DNA from: a virus
Lineage: Duplodnaviria; Caudoviricetes
IMG/VR virus record: IMGVR_UViG_3300031992_000039
Span: 1 to 64,000 of that record
DNA: 64,000 nt
Strand: one strand, 5' to 3'
The notes under the pieces are model-generated. The model did not search any database. It had not been told where the DNA came from and was given only the letters and a program-made list of their open reading frames with translations. How positions within the stretch are numbered: the first letter of the stretch is position 1; the number at the start of each line of letters is the position of its first letter. Position numbers and translations under genes: made by a program. This document shows, in pieces, positions 1 through 9,910 of the stretch.

Positions 1-385
1 GTATGGAGCCATCGCGTGCGGTCCATGACAGATAATGTGTCATGCGCAGCATTATATATCTATTATATCCACTTGCTTTTATATGCTCTAAATAATATAC
101 AAGCCAAGGACGTTTAACCCCATCCTTATTTTTAATAAGAAGAATAGTACCAGAAGGTATATTTATATTAGTAGGGGTTAATAAGTAATGCAAAGTCTCG
201 GTTTCATCCTGCTTATATTTTTCAAAACTACCAACTATTAAATTCCCATCGTACTCAAACTCGGTTTTATAAACGCTTCTGTTTAAATATAGTTGAAATT
301 GCTTTTCCCGCTTAGATTGAATCCTTGACTGGTAATCTGAACCATACCTAGAAAGCCTTAAATTATAGATATCATAATACTCCAT
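1..385 (-). CDS. Partial hypothetical virion (neck/head-completion) protein, runs off the window
   Basis: Open frame MEYYDIYNLRLSRYG... from ATG at 385 to the window edge; AAGGTG RBS-like sequence upstream; lies downstream of the capsid genes. Confidence 0.6.
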   Translation of the reverse strand, partial: MEYYDIYNLRLSRYGSDYQSRIQSKREKQFQLYLNRSVYKTEFEYDGNLIVGSFEKYKQDETETLHYLLTPTNINIPSGTILLIKNKDGVKRPWLVYYLEHIKASGYNRYIMLRMTHYLSWTARDGSI

Positions 386-647
386 TAGACCCACCTTTTG
401 ATAATAAACTCATACAATCAAAAATAGTTTTCCTAAAGTACTCATAATTTAAATATCTAAGTGAATTAATCTTATTGCACAAAGCGATATAATTAATTGT
501 CCTTTGCTTTTCTGGTATTCCATTCAACTCAATTATTATTGCATCTAAGAAAGATTCCCACTCTCCCTTTTTTTCAAACTCACAAAGTAACCCAAATAGC
601 TTGTTTTTTAAGCGATTACGATAACCTTCTTCTACTTCTTTAATCAT
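372..647 (-). CDS. Hypothetical protein, head module
   Basis: 91-aa ORF overlapping both neighbours (translational coupling). Confidence 0.65.
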   Translation of the reverse strand: MIKEVEEGYRNRLKNKLFGLLCEFEKKGEWESFLDAIIIELNGIPEKQRTINYIALCNKINSLRYLNYEYFRKTIFDCMSLLSKGGSNGVL

Positions 648-1074
648 TAATTTGAGTAGCTAATTGACTATATGCAAACGGCTTACTATTAATTGAACGA
701 TAATAAATGCTTTCAAGTCGTAGCGCATTTTTTTGTTCCGCCGCGAGCATCGCATTAAATTTATCAATTAGATTCGCCTGAGAAAAATCTCGTTCTGCAT
801 ACAGTGGTTTAACATTCTCCCAACTGAGGATAGTACGATTAAGCCATTCGCACTTCATATAACAAGCTAAAATTTGAATTTCATTATTAGTTAAATCATT
901 AACAAAACCATCTTTGTTATATTCTAAAGAGGTTCGTGGGAACTTAAATCTCGCTATTGCACCTTGAAGTAAGGTGAACATATCCTTTTCCAAATCGTCA
1001 ATATCCCACTCTTCCCATTCATCATCTAAAATCTTACTTAAAAAAGCGGAATAAATCGTATCAAAAGAGGTCAT
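640..1074 (-). CDS. Putative head-tail adaptor/connector
   Basis: 144 aa, helical, starts MTSFDTIYSAFLSKI; position two genes after the major capsid protein. Confidence 0.5.
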   Translation of the reverse strand: MTSFDTIYSAFLSKILDDEWEEWDIDDLEKDMFTLLQGAIARFKFPRTSLEYNKDGFVNDLTNNEIQILACYMKCEWLNRTILSWENVKPLYAERDFSQANLIDKFNAMLAAEQKNALRLESIYYRSINSKPFAYSQLATQIND

Positions 1075-1075
1075 A

Positions 1076-1558
1076 TTATACCTCCATCTTATTTAACCTT
1101 ATCGCCGCAATAATATCTCTGCCGCATCTTTCTTTGATTAATCTATCGCGTTCAATATCAATCATATTATTATCTATTGCATATTGCGCGAGATCACTTA
1201 CCTGTTCAATGCTAAGCTTATTTATCGTATCAACAAATTGATCAAACGGCAGCTTAATCAAACAATCTCTCTTCTGCTTTTCATTTAATACGATAATATT
1301 AACGGGAGCTTTCGCTTGTTCAGGTTCAAGACCAAGGGCTTGTTTAGTCTCCATCTCTTCAATGTATAATATCCCATTTTCAAACATATACCTTACACCA
1401 GGATCATACATAATTTGATCAAGAGTGTCAAAATCGATCTTTTGAACCGCGCCCCTTCCAATCCATTCTCGTGAAAATGGTAATGACTTTACATTTATAC
1501 TAACGGTATGATCTACCATACACTTTACAGCGATTTTATCATCCGAAACCTTATTCAT
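1076..1558 (-). CDS. Hypothetical protein, head module
   Basis: 160-aa ORF with AAAGGAG RBS. Confidence 0.7.
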   Translation of the reverse strand: MNKVSDDKIAVKCMVDHTVSINVKSLPFSREWIGRGAVQKIDFDTLDQIMYDPGVRYMFENGILYIEEMETKQALGLEPEQAKAPVNIIVLNEKQKRDCLIKLPFDQFVDTINKLSIEQVSDLAQYAIDNNMIDIERDRLIKERCGRDIIAAIRLNKMEV

Positions 1559-1579
1559 TTTACTCCTTTAACTCCTTTA

Positions 1580-1610
1580 AAAATTAGGAGAGGGAGAGAC
1601 TCCCCCTCCC
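1580..1610 (-). terminator. Intrinsic terminator after the major capsid gene
   Basis: GGAGGGGGAG-TCT-CTCCCTCTCC hairpin followed by TAATTTT on the minus strand. Confidence 0.65.
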
Positions 1611-1618
1611 AGTATAAA

Positions 1619-2689
1619 TTAATAGCCGTAAGGCTGATCATAAGTCTGAGTAATACCAGTATTCTGATAAATACCCCAGTTATAATGGGTAAGAATCGCA
1701 CAACCCATCTTTTTATAAGCGTAGACTTCAAGAGAATTGTCCCTATTGGTAAAGTCGCGGATCTGAGTGGCACCCTCAAGAACAACCTTAACTATCTTCT
1801 CATTTCCAGTAGGAAGAATGTAAGCAAGCTGAGGATCAATCCAAGTCTTCGTATTAGTCTCATCAATGAAAGACTGAGGAATTTGGACAATAGGAGCGCC
1901 ACGGAAGATATTGATATAACCAGTCTTATGAATGGCCTCAATATCATCAGGAGAATAAACTCCCTGAATGCCAGCAGCAGCAGGAGAACCATAAGCAGTG
2001 ATAGGAACGATCGCATCAGCGCCCATGGCGGCCACAAACTCAGGGGGCGCGAAAATTACAACATTGTTGCCGTATGCACGAACAACACTCATAAGCTTCG
2101 CCATCTTATCTCCTTCGAAGGTAGAAGAAGTAACCATGTTCGCGCTAGGACGATCAATAGCGGATAACGCTGCGCGCAGAGCACGCTGGACCTCCACAAA
2201 TACAGCATCAGTGAGGCCTTCGGTTATAATATCCATAACCTCGGCAAGAGACTCAGCACCATCAAGCATACGCTCAAAGTCTACCGTCGCACCGCCACCA
2301 ACTGCATGTGCAGCAAGTTCAAAAGTGGTACTATCAAGACGGAAAGTCTCATAAACGCCAGAAAGACCAACCTGAGTTAAGAACTTCTTGGCGCGAGCCT
2401 TACCAACCCTCTGCTTAAAGATAGCCTTTTGACCCTGTGGTACAGTCTGCACCTCAGCAAACATGCTAAGAGCGGAAATAACCTTCTTAGGCATAACCTT
2501 ATCAACGGTTTCAACAATGATATCATAAATATCGTAACGGTTCTTCATGAACTGATTAACGGAACCAGCGAGCTCCTTTAATCCATCAACAAAGGCCGCA
2601 TTTACATCAACTTCCCCGTTGCTGTAGCAAGCAGGAACAGTTCCCTTCGCAGCATGAAGGGCAATTTCTTTTAATTCAGCAATAGTCAT
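1619..2689 (-). CDS. Major capsid protein (HK97-type fold expected)
   Basis: 356 aa, highly expressed codon bias, GGAGGG RBS, followed by a terminator; order portal-protease/scaffold-decoration-MCP as in SPbeta-like phages. Confidence 0.8.
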   Translation of the reverse strand: MTIAELKEIALHAAKGTVPACYSNGEVDVNAAFVDGLKELAGSVNQFMKNRYDIYDIIVETVDKVMPKKVISALSMFAEVQTVPQGQKAIFKQRVGKARAKKFLTQVGLSGVYETFRLDSTTFELAAHAVGGGATVDFERMLDGAESLAEVMDIITEGLTDAVFVEVQRALRAALSAIDRPSANMVTSSTFEGDKMAKLMSVVRAYGNNVVIFAPPEFVAAMGADAIVPITAYGSPAAAGIQGVYSPDDIEAIHKTGYINIFRGAPIVQIPQSFIDETNTKTWIDPQLAYILPTGNEKIVKVVLEGATQIRDFTNRDNSLEVYAYKKMGCAILTHYNWGIYQNTGITQTYDQPYGY

Positions 2690-2704
2690 TTTATCACCCT
2701 CCTA

Positions 2705-3268
2705 TTAGCAAGCATATACCTGGAACTTTACGCCTAAAGTGCCATCAGGCATCGTGGTTTTCTCAATAACACGAAGACAAATGCCCTCAGTCGGTGCGGT
2801 AGCAGTAATAACATGAGAGCCATCAGTACCGGGAGCGGCATAAAGAGGAACCTCTTTATAGCTAGCAAGGGCGGAAATGAAGGCAGACTCAGAAGTCCAG
2901 CCAGTATCAACAGCAGAATCATAACTAATGCAATTAGTTGTATACTTATCACCAACGGCTAAATACCCAAGACGGGGATAAAAATCGTTCGTGCCATTAA
3001 GATAAAAATTCCCTAAACCGGGAGTCCTCTCATCGTACATATGCTCTGCACTATAGTTCAGTGCAATAGGCAGACTGTTGTCAGTAGGAAGAGTAACCTT
3101 TCTATTAACATTGTCGACCGCAAGAAGCATACCATTTTCTACTTTAATATTACTAAAAACGGTGGAATCGGGCGCGCACTGAGCTTCGATACGACCGTCG
3201 CGACGGAAGGCACAGTTGTTAATTTCAACTTGGCCGAATCCATCGATGGTTAACCTAGTAAGAGCCAT
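2705..3268 (-). CDS. Putative capsid decoration/auxiliary head protein
   Basis: 187 aa, beta-rich (ENGMLLAVD), directly upstream of the MCP. Confidence 0.6.
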   Translation of the reverse strand: MALTRLTIDGFGQVEINNCAFRRDGRIEAQCAPDSTVFSNIKVENGMLLAVDNVNRKVTLPTDNSLPIALNYSAEHMYDERTPGLGNFYLNGTNDFYPRLGYLAVGDKYTTNCISYDSAVDTGWTSESAFISALASYKEVPLYAAPGTDGSHVITATAPTEGICLRVIEKTTMPDGTLGVKFQVYAC

Positions 3269-4627
3269 TTATATAACCTCCGTTACTTTATATCTGTCTA
3301 AAATCTTTTTTATGCCAAACCTTTCTTCCTTAGGCACTTTCCCGCCATCACGGGCCTGAGTGAACATTGAAGAACTAACCTTCTTTAATTCGTAAGCAAG
3401 ATGCATATCTAATTCTTCTACCGTATACTCTTCAAGCTTTGACTGATAAGATTCAATAACCTCTTCAGAAAGCATATTGGCGTACTCGGCAATAACAGCC
3501 TCTTTGGACTGATTTTCGATATCCTTCTTATAAGTCCTTAAATTGTTAACTTCTTCAGTAAGCTGCTCATTTTCCGCTTGCAGGGCCGAATATTGAGCTT
3601 TGGCATTTTCTGTCTCTATCTTTAAAGTGGAAACTTCATTATTAAGCTCTTCATTTTTGATGCCAAATTCTGCGCACTCTGCCGCATTCTTTTCAGCATT
3701 AACTAAATTTTCATTTAATAATTCATAATTCCCACCATTTAACTGTTGGAGAGAATCAAGAATCGACTTCTCTTGTTCAGTAACATCAACAATGTAAACT
3801 CTTACATGGTCACCAATTTCAATAGAATCAGATTCATCATTTTTGGAATAATAGATTCTCTCATATGTACAAGACTCAATGTTGAAGGCAATTGCATAAT
3901 CATCATAAATATCACAAATTGAATATCCAACTGTCCAATTGCCTTCTTCATTATATTCGGGATTTAAAAGCTCCCAAATATATCTGTATTTTTGATCGTC
4001 AGAAAGTTTAAAATTAATCTGCATTTCCGATCTTTCCTCCAATTTACTATACTCTTTTATTTTTCGAATCGCATTATCAATAGTATCTTGCAAAGCAAAG
4101 AAGGAGGCACCTTCAAAACAAGGCTCGACCTCATCTCCTAATACCTGTAGCCCTAGAAAACAGCCCTTATCAAAAACGATATACTTCTGTCCTTGAAATA
4201 TCGCTGCGTGATACTTTAATGAATGTTCATATAACTCCATGGATAAGCTTTTTCCTGCTATCTGCCGAGCCTCAGGATATAGGGCGGTATACATATATAC
4301 GTCAGAGCAAGCATACGTTCGCTCTACTCCGTCCTCATCTATATGATTTTCCCACGCAAAATTGTTTGCTTCTGGCACTATACCATAAATTCGCCCTTCG
4401 TCACGACTATTGCCATGATCAGTATAATCTCCATCTTCAAAAATTCCCTTAATAGGAACATAATGAAGACTATTAATTAACATCTCCGCAAATTCATCCG
4501 TAATATAAGTACCGTTTCTATTCGGCCCCTTATAAAAAATGCGACACCGAATTTTTGTTAATATATCGTTAACAGGTTTTGCTTCCCCGTAAATGCTGAT
4601 CGGAAACTCTAATATTGATGTATTCAT
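3269..4627 (-). CDS. Putative prohead protease with C-terminal coiled-coil scaffold
   Basis: N-terminal GPNRNGTYI...SMEL...LGDEVEPCFEGA domain typical of head maturation proteases; acidic coiled-coil C-terminus. Confidence 0.7.
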   Translation of the reverse strand: MNTSILEFPISIYGEAKPVNDILTKIRCRIFYKGPNRNGTYITDEFAEMLINSLHYVPIKGIFEDGDYTDHGNSRDEGRIYGIVPEANNFAWENHIDEDGVERTYACSDVYMYTALYPEARQIAGKSLSMELYEHSLKYHAAIFQGQKYIVFDKGCFLGLQVLGDEVEPCFEGASFFALQDTIDNAIRKIKEYSKLEERSEMQINFKLSDDQKYRYIWELLNPEYNEEGNWTVGYSICDIYDDYAIAFNIESCTYERIYYSKNDESDSIEIGDHVRVYIVDVTEQEKSILDSLQQLNGGNYELLNENLVNAEKNAAECAEFGIKNEELNNEVSTLKIETENAKAQYSALQAENEQLTEEVNNLRTYKKDIENQSKEAVIAEYANMLSEEVIESYQSKLEEYTVEELDMHLAYELKKVSSSMFTQARDGGKVPKEERFGIKKILDRYKVTEVI

Positions 4628-6093
4628 TCGGAGTCCCCCTGATGGTCTAACGATTCTTCATTTTGAATTGTTTTTTTTGCTTTATCTTCTGGCTTCTTCT
4701 CCGGCGCGCCTACTTTACCAGAAGACTCTGTGTAGGAAGAAGACAGAGGAATTAACTTTTCTTTTAGATCCAAAGTTGTATTTTCTAAGTCTTTAATGCT
4801 TATAAGTTCAAGCTGATTTAATCCCATACCCAATGCCGGTAGAAGTAAACTATATCCGCTTTGCGCCAACTTCATTGAATCCGTAATAAAATCACTTCTA
4901 GTATATTCTGTTAAAGGTAATAGACTATATCTAAAACTTAGACTTCCGTTTCCAAATAGATTATTTATAATATAGGTAATAAAACGAGAATATTTATTGC
5001 CCAATATCATCATTAAGGAAAGGTCGTTTTTAATAGATAACATTAAAGATTGGCTGCCTGTGGGTGCAAAGAGTTGAGAACTTACGCCTGCATTAGCATA
5101 TACATTCTGTAACATTTTTTCAAGTGCATTTGATACACTTTCTGAAGCTGTTTTAGATATAATTGCATCTACATCGCCATAAGTGGTTAAAACAGAAAGA
5201 TTCTTATTCCCTTTCATCATACCTACTGCACCCTTATGCATCTCAAGAACTTCATCAGGCTCAAATAAAAGTTGCCCATCAGAAAGATGAGGGATTTTTT
5301 GAACGATAATCTTTCTGATTTCCTCTTCTTCTCTATCTCGTTCTGTATCTACAGAATCATCATATTGAATAGTTGAAGGAATTATATCTAAAAAAAGTGG
5401 GCGGCAATCATCTAAAAAACTAAAACAAACGCCGATTTCTGCTGGCAAGAACACCCAAGGAGTGCTAATCCTTCCTTTCTTATACTTTTTATAATAATCA
5501 GAAATAGTCTTAGGGTAGGTTCTTAAAGCTTCCTTCTTGTCTTCTTCATCAAGAATAGTATCAAAATAATTTACATTAAACTCTACTATTTCGTTTCCAT
5601 ATACGTCTTTAAATCTTGAACGAGTATAGGGAATCGGTAAGTCAAGAATGACACACTCATCTTTATTTAAAGTATGAAGTATACCATAATAACTACCATA
5701 AATCAAAATTTTCAAAGTGATCTTAGTTAATAACTCTGGAAGGCTTAAGTTTTCTAAATATTCTAGCACCGCCCTATACTTTTTAGCTTGACTTTTGGAG
5801 AGTGAGCTACCAGAACTTGGATTAGGAATTAATAGTCCAGTATAGGTTAAAAGCGTTGCATAATATAAAAGAATTCTTTTGTAAAATCCGTTTTTATCAT
5901 AATAAGCGCGAGAAAGTTCTTGCTGAGAACTTAAAGAAGAAGACTTTAAAATATCTTCGACCTCTTTATCCGAAAACTCTCTATAACTTCTATTATAAAA
6001 AATGTCAAACCTGTTCCAAGAAGAGTCATTTTTTGCGACAAGACCGGCTTGAAATTTTTGAAAGGCAAATAAATCATATGTTTTTTCTTTCAT
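4624..6093 (-). CDS. Portal protein
   Basis: 489 aa between terminase and protease; C-terminal SSSYT..GAP charged tail typical of SPbeta-like portals. Confidence 0.75.
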   Translation of the reverse strand: MKEKTYDLFAFQKFQAGLVAKNDSSWNRFDIFYNRSYREFSDKEVEDILKSSSLSSQQELSRAYYDKNGFYKRILLYYATLLTYTGLLIPNPSSGSSLSKSQAKKYRAVLEYLENLSLPELLTKITLKILIYGSYYGILHTLNKDECVILDLPIPYTRSRFKDVYGNEIVEFNVNYFDTILDEEDKKEALRTYPKTISDYYKKYKKGRISTPWVFLPAEIGVCFSFLDDCRPLFLDIIPSTIQYDDSVDTERDREEEEIRKIIVQKIPHLSDGQLLFEPDEVLEMHKGAVGMMKGNKNLSVLTTYGDVDAIISKTASESVSNALEKMLQNVYANAGVSSQLFAPTGSQSLMLSIKNDLSLMMILGNKYSRFITYIINNLFGNGSLSFRYSLLPLTEYTRSDFITDSMKLAQSGYSLLLPALGMGLNQLELISIKDLENTTLDLKEKLIPLSSSYTESSGKVGAPEKKPEDKAKKTIQNEESLDHQGDSE

Positions 6094-6094
6094 T

Positions 6095-6972
6095 TTACGT
6101 CCCTTCTGTATAAAAAATAAGTTTCCGCCCGTTCAGTCTAGAAAAGCGTTTTTGCTTTTGATAAGCCGCTTCTTCTAATTCTTTAATTCTCCATTGACCA
6201 TAAGCAAAAGCAGAGTACTTATCCTTAGGGAAACGAGAATTAATTTGTTCTATTGCTATATCTATTCCAGTTTTCTTCAAACGAAGATTGGCCATTTCAT
6301 CAAATAACTTTGTTGTGAGCTCATGTGGCATAAGGCGCTTAATTCGTTTTTCAAATGGCATCTTCGCGCCTTGTTTAGTATTAAGTAGAGCCGCCCGGGC
6401 CTCTTGCTCTGAAATAAGAAATCTAACCATCCCACTATTTAGACGAGTATAAGCATTACCATGAATTTTCGGGTTATTTTGCCCATTGGCCTTTAAAGAA
6501 TAAAGAATTTGAGGGGCGTCTTTGGGTTGAATTTTTTTATAATCATCGTTATTAAAAAACCCATAGGCCGGATAGGTTTCCCCAAATTCATCAGTCTGCT
6601 CACGTATCATTTGGTCTCCCAATCCAATACCTAGGCCATTTGTGTCTATGACTACTTCACGAGGATTATAGTCTCTAATTAATCTTTTTAATTCTATCGC
6701 TTGCTGATCGAAGGATTTAGTATCTGCTTGCCGTCCAATAACAAAAAGATTAACCAGTGTCGAATAAAATTTATTATCTCGAACATTAACCCTAAATATA
6801 CAAGCTACAGTTTGGTCCGATAATCGTCCTACGTCTGTCGCTATTAAGTAAAAAACATTAGAATCTCCTCTAAATTTTTGCTTCCATTCTGGATTTTTAA
6901 TTTTTCGATATTTTGAAAGCTTTTCAAAATTAAACCAAGATTCTTCAGAACCTCCAAGCCATACGCCCATAT
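6095..6972 (-). CDS. terL: Terminase large subunit, exon 3 (RNase H-like nuclease domain)
   Basis: ATDVGR, VIDTNGLG and KDKYSA motifs; splicing restores FASE-Y-MGVW. Confidence 0.85.
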
Positions 6973-7956
6973 CATTTGTGTTTCACGAGTTCGTTACGCT
7001 CGCTCCCGAAGGCACTTACATTACATAAGTGATCAGACTATATCATCAATTAAAAATTTCCAATAAAAACCGCGATAAGTTTTTATTTTTCCATTACAAC
7101 AATCACTAATTCTATGTCTATCGCCGTGAATTTTTCTACCAGCTTCCGTTAAACTATTATACTTTTCTATCAAGATATCATCACTATTATATTGGCCTAC
7201 TTTTTTTGATGTAGAAAACTCTTTTCTATCACGAATCTTGAAGTTCGGTTCATCTGAATATGACCAATAATATCCATATGATAGAAATTTTTCTTCTGCC
7301 ATAACCTGTTGTTGTAGCCAACTACCATTATGTCCGGTTACTCGACAGCATTCGGCTAAACTAGGATAAATTGCAACTAGTTTTAAATTTTCATCATAGC
7401 AATAAACTTTTTTTGCCCCCATAGAATTATATTTTTCTAATTTTGCTAATTCTTTGTTTTCTTTTGGCGTAATCCATTCTAAATTATTTACATCATTATT
7501 TAACTTGTTTCCATCTTTATGGTGTACTTCTAATTCTTTATTTTTAGTTGGCAAATAAGTTTCTGCAACCATTCTATGGGCATATAATCTATGAGATTCT
7601 CCATCTATACTAATCGAATAAGTTTTATATCCGTTTTTATAGTTGATTTGACCTTTAAGCCATTTATTAGTTTTAGAATTAAATAATTCTCCTTGTGTTG
7701 TAATGTAATATGTAGTAATTTGACCGTTATAAATATATAACTGCATAATTATTACCTCCTTTAATTGTTTTCTTTTTTCGTAACACTTGTTACTACTTTA
7801 GTCGTTGAACCTTTACCTATACGGTACTTGGCTGCTGATTGCACCATTCATTTATTTTTTAGACATTCACGCTTATCGTTTCCAATTACGTTGTAGTATA
7901 AATGACTCTATAGCGTTTTCCAGCAATTTAAAAAATTTAACGTGAACTAATGGTTA
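6973..7956 (-). mobile_element. Group I intron 2 in terL
   Basis: P1 GUGAAU/GUUCAC with a U.G splice-site pair; AAUUGCUGGAAA and AAUCAGCAGC (P/Q), UCAACGACUA (R) and GAUAUAGUCU (S); terminal G at 6973; splicing joins T+AT into an in-frame Tyr codon. Confidence 0.9.
7033..7746 (-). CDS. Intron-encoded HNH homing endonuclease with NUMOD1-like repeats
   Basis: HRMVA...VHHKDGNKLNN...NLEW motif; C-terminal KTYRGFYWK; stop codon overlaps the intron P7 3' strand. Confidence 0.88.
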   Translation of the reverse strand: MQLYIYNGQITTYYITTQGELFNSKTNKWLKGQINYKNGYKTYSISIDGESHRLYAHRMVAETYLPTKNKELEVHHKDGNKLNNDVNNLEWITPKENKELAKLEKYNSMGAKKVYCYDENLKLVAIYPSLAECCRVTGHNGSWLQQQVMAEEKFLSYGYYWSYSDEPNFKIRDRKEFSTSKKVGQYNSDDILIEKYNSLTEAGRKIHGDRHRISDCCNGKIKTYRGFYWKFLIDDIV

Positions 7957-8233
7957 ATTCACTAGCAAAAGTAGCTTCATTATAAGAAGGCGACATTTTA
8001 AGTTCGCGCACATACTTCCCATCTATAAGTCCGTGAATTACAGGAATTCTGTAATCAAGTCCTATACAAAAATTATGTTTAGGGTCTATAATTGCTTTTT
8101 CAAAAGTATCAATTAGCGCCTCATACGAAAAAGAAGATTTCATTCCCGCACTTGTTGCATATATGACTTGCCGATTTATATTTTCATAGGGATTAACTAA
8201 CCCATTGATTTGACGACGTGAAACGTTCATCTG
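7957..8233 (-). CDS. terL: Terminase large subunit, exon 2
   Basis: (Q)MNVSRR...IYATSAG (motif III-like)...FASE between the two introns; 5' boundary 8233 or 8230 (see findings). Confidence 0.8.
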
Positions 8234-9262
8234 TAATAAATATTAATATTTATTGGACTATCTCTTCAACTTTTTTCCAAATGTATCCTTTATGTGTTTT
8301 GGTGCCTTTGTCTCCCTTTAATACGTGCGTAATAGCACTCTGAGTACCATTTACCGCTTCTGCCGCAGCGTGCAAAGTTGGATAAATCGCAATGATCTCT
8401 AATGTAATAGGGTCTATCTGGGCGACTTGAATGGCTTTTTGGGGATTTGGGTTTACTTGATTCACTTCACGAAAATCTCCCTCATATCTCCATTGAAAAC
8501 CATTGGCTGTTATTCTTTCGCCTTGGCAGCAAACCGTAATTTTTGTGGCGCTTGTATTAGTGGCCTTTGCGGCTTCTATAATAGAATCATATCGTGCGAT
8601 AAAATTCCCTAAACTATCATACTGTTTAACTGGACGCCTCTTTGCAGAAATTAGCAGTCCTGTTTCTACCGCATGTCTAGTATTTTCCTGTGGAGTAACC
8701 CACTCTAAATTCTCAACACGATTATTAGATCTATTCCCATCTTTATGATTTACATAAGGCTTATTTTCGGGATTATCTATATAAACCATTGCTACTAAAC
8801 GGTGAACACGAAATTTCTTTAACTTTTTATTAATATGTAATCCTACCGTCTTATAGCCTTGTTCAGTGCCTTGAGATAATAATTTCCCTCGATTATCGTT
8901 ACGTATTTCTCCAATATCACTAACACTATATAAAGTTTCTTCGCCATTAATAATTAACTTTTTCCACATATTTTTATACCTCCATTTCTTTCTAATATTA
9001 AGTAAATATTCATTATGAAGGTTATATATTTTTGAATACATAAGTAAATTTAAAGTTGGGTGGCGCTTCGAATGGCGGCAATCTCCACTCTACTTCCTTT
9101 CGGAATAGTCTCTACACCTTCCTTTATAAATTTTATAAAGGCTTGGCACGGTATTGGGAAACATCCTTTCACCGTTAGCAAATTATAAAAATTTACACCC
9201 CTTGCCAAAGGTTCACCACCTTATTCATTTAATTTTCACAAATTAAAGCCCCCAGTACGTTA
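8234..9262 (-). mobile_element. Group I intron 1 in terL
   Basis: Exon ends CUCCCU and pairs with guide GGGG; GUAGAGACUA (R) and AAGAGAUAGUCC (S) form P7; P9 hairpin AATAAATA-TTAA-TATTTATT; 3' end at 8234 or 8231. Confidence 0.85.
8250..8969 (-). CDS. Intron-encoded HNH (NUMOD4/HNH/NUMOD1-type) homing endonuclease
   Basis: Likely start MWKKLII after GGAGG; [28 protein letters not shown] and KTHKGYIWK motifs. Confidence 0.88.
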   Translation of the reverse strand: MWKKLIINGEETLYSVSDIGEIRNDNRGKLLSQGTEQGYKTVGLHINKKLKKFRVHRLVAMVYIDNPENKPYVNHKDGNRSNNRVENLEWVTPQENTRHAVETGLLISAKRRPVKQYDSLGNFIARYDSIIEAAKATNTSATKITVCCQGERITANGFQWRYEGDFREVNQVNPNPQKAIQVAQIDPITLEIIAIYPTLHAAAEAVNGTQSAITHVLKGDKGTKTHKGYIWKKVEEIVQ

Positions 9263-9910
9263 AGGGAGAATGACTTCCTGAATCATCTGTCCGTCAAGAT
9301 CACGCGCCTCATCCAAAAGAGTTGCATGAGTACGAAGTCCGCGGCCGGAATCTAATGCTCCACCTATAGAAAGTGAAGAGCCATTTTTAAAGAAAAGGGT
9401 TACATAGTCTTTACCAAAATTAGCATGAGGCTCTCCTTGATAAATTTCAAGTTCATTTTTGAGAAGAGGCCAAATACGCCAGATTTCTTCAATCTTTTGT
9501 CGAGCTATCTTCGCGGCCTGACCCTTAGTAGGTGCGACGATAGAGCCTACATGGTTTGGAACAAACATACATTGGAGATATTTTGCAAGAATTGAAAGAA
9601 AGGTCTTTGAGGTAGCTCGTGCAGCGGTTATATATATAGTAGTATATCTCATGCACGCGCGCAAGAAAAGCCTTTGATAGGGGAAAAGATTGAAGTTTGA
9701 ATTTTGAGGTTTGATTAAATCAAGATATATATCTGGATAAGCCGCATATAAACTCCAAAGTTCTTCTAAAAAGCTTTCATTGCGCTCGAGCCAATCTTGG
9801 GTTATAACCACTCCTTTTTCTAATTCTATTCCATCTCGATATAACTTCTTAACCGTTCCAAAGGATTCAGGTGGTTCGCGCAATTTAATTACATCAGGTT
9901 CACTCATCAT
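9263..9910 (-). CDS. terL: Terminase large subunit, exon 1 (ATPase)
   Basis: LFPYQ, Walker A-like AARATSKT and Walker B LLDEAR; start about 9907-9913 overlaps the upstream stop. Confidence 0.85.

Noticed and set aside
1508-2354. Plus-strand ORFs 1508..2167 and 1998..2354, and similar antisense ORFs throughout the window
   Set aside because: Shadow frames of strongly biased genes, with no RBS or recognisable motifs
6970-9262. Inteins or simple frameshifts in terL
   Set aside because: In-frame stops and group I core elements flank separately initiated HNH ORFs
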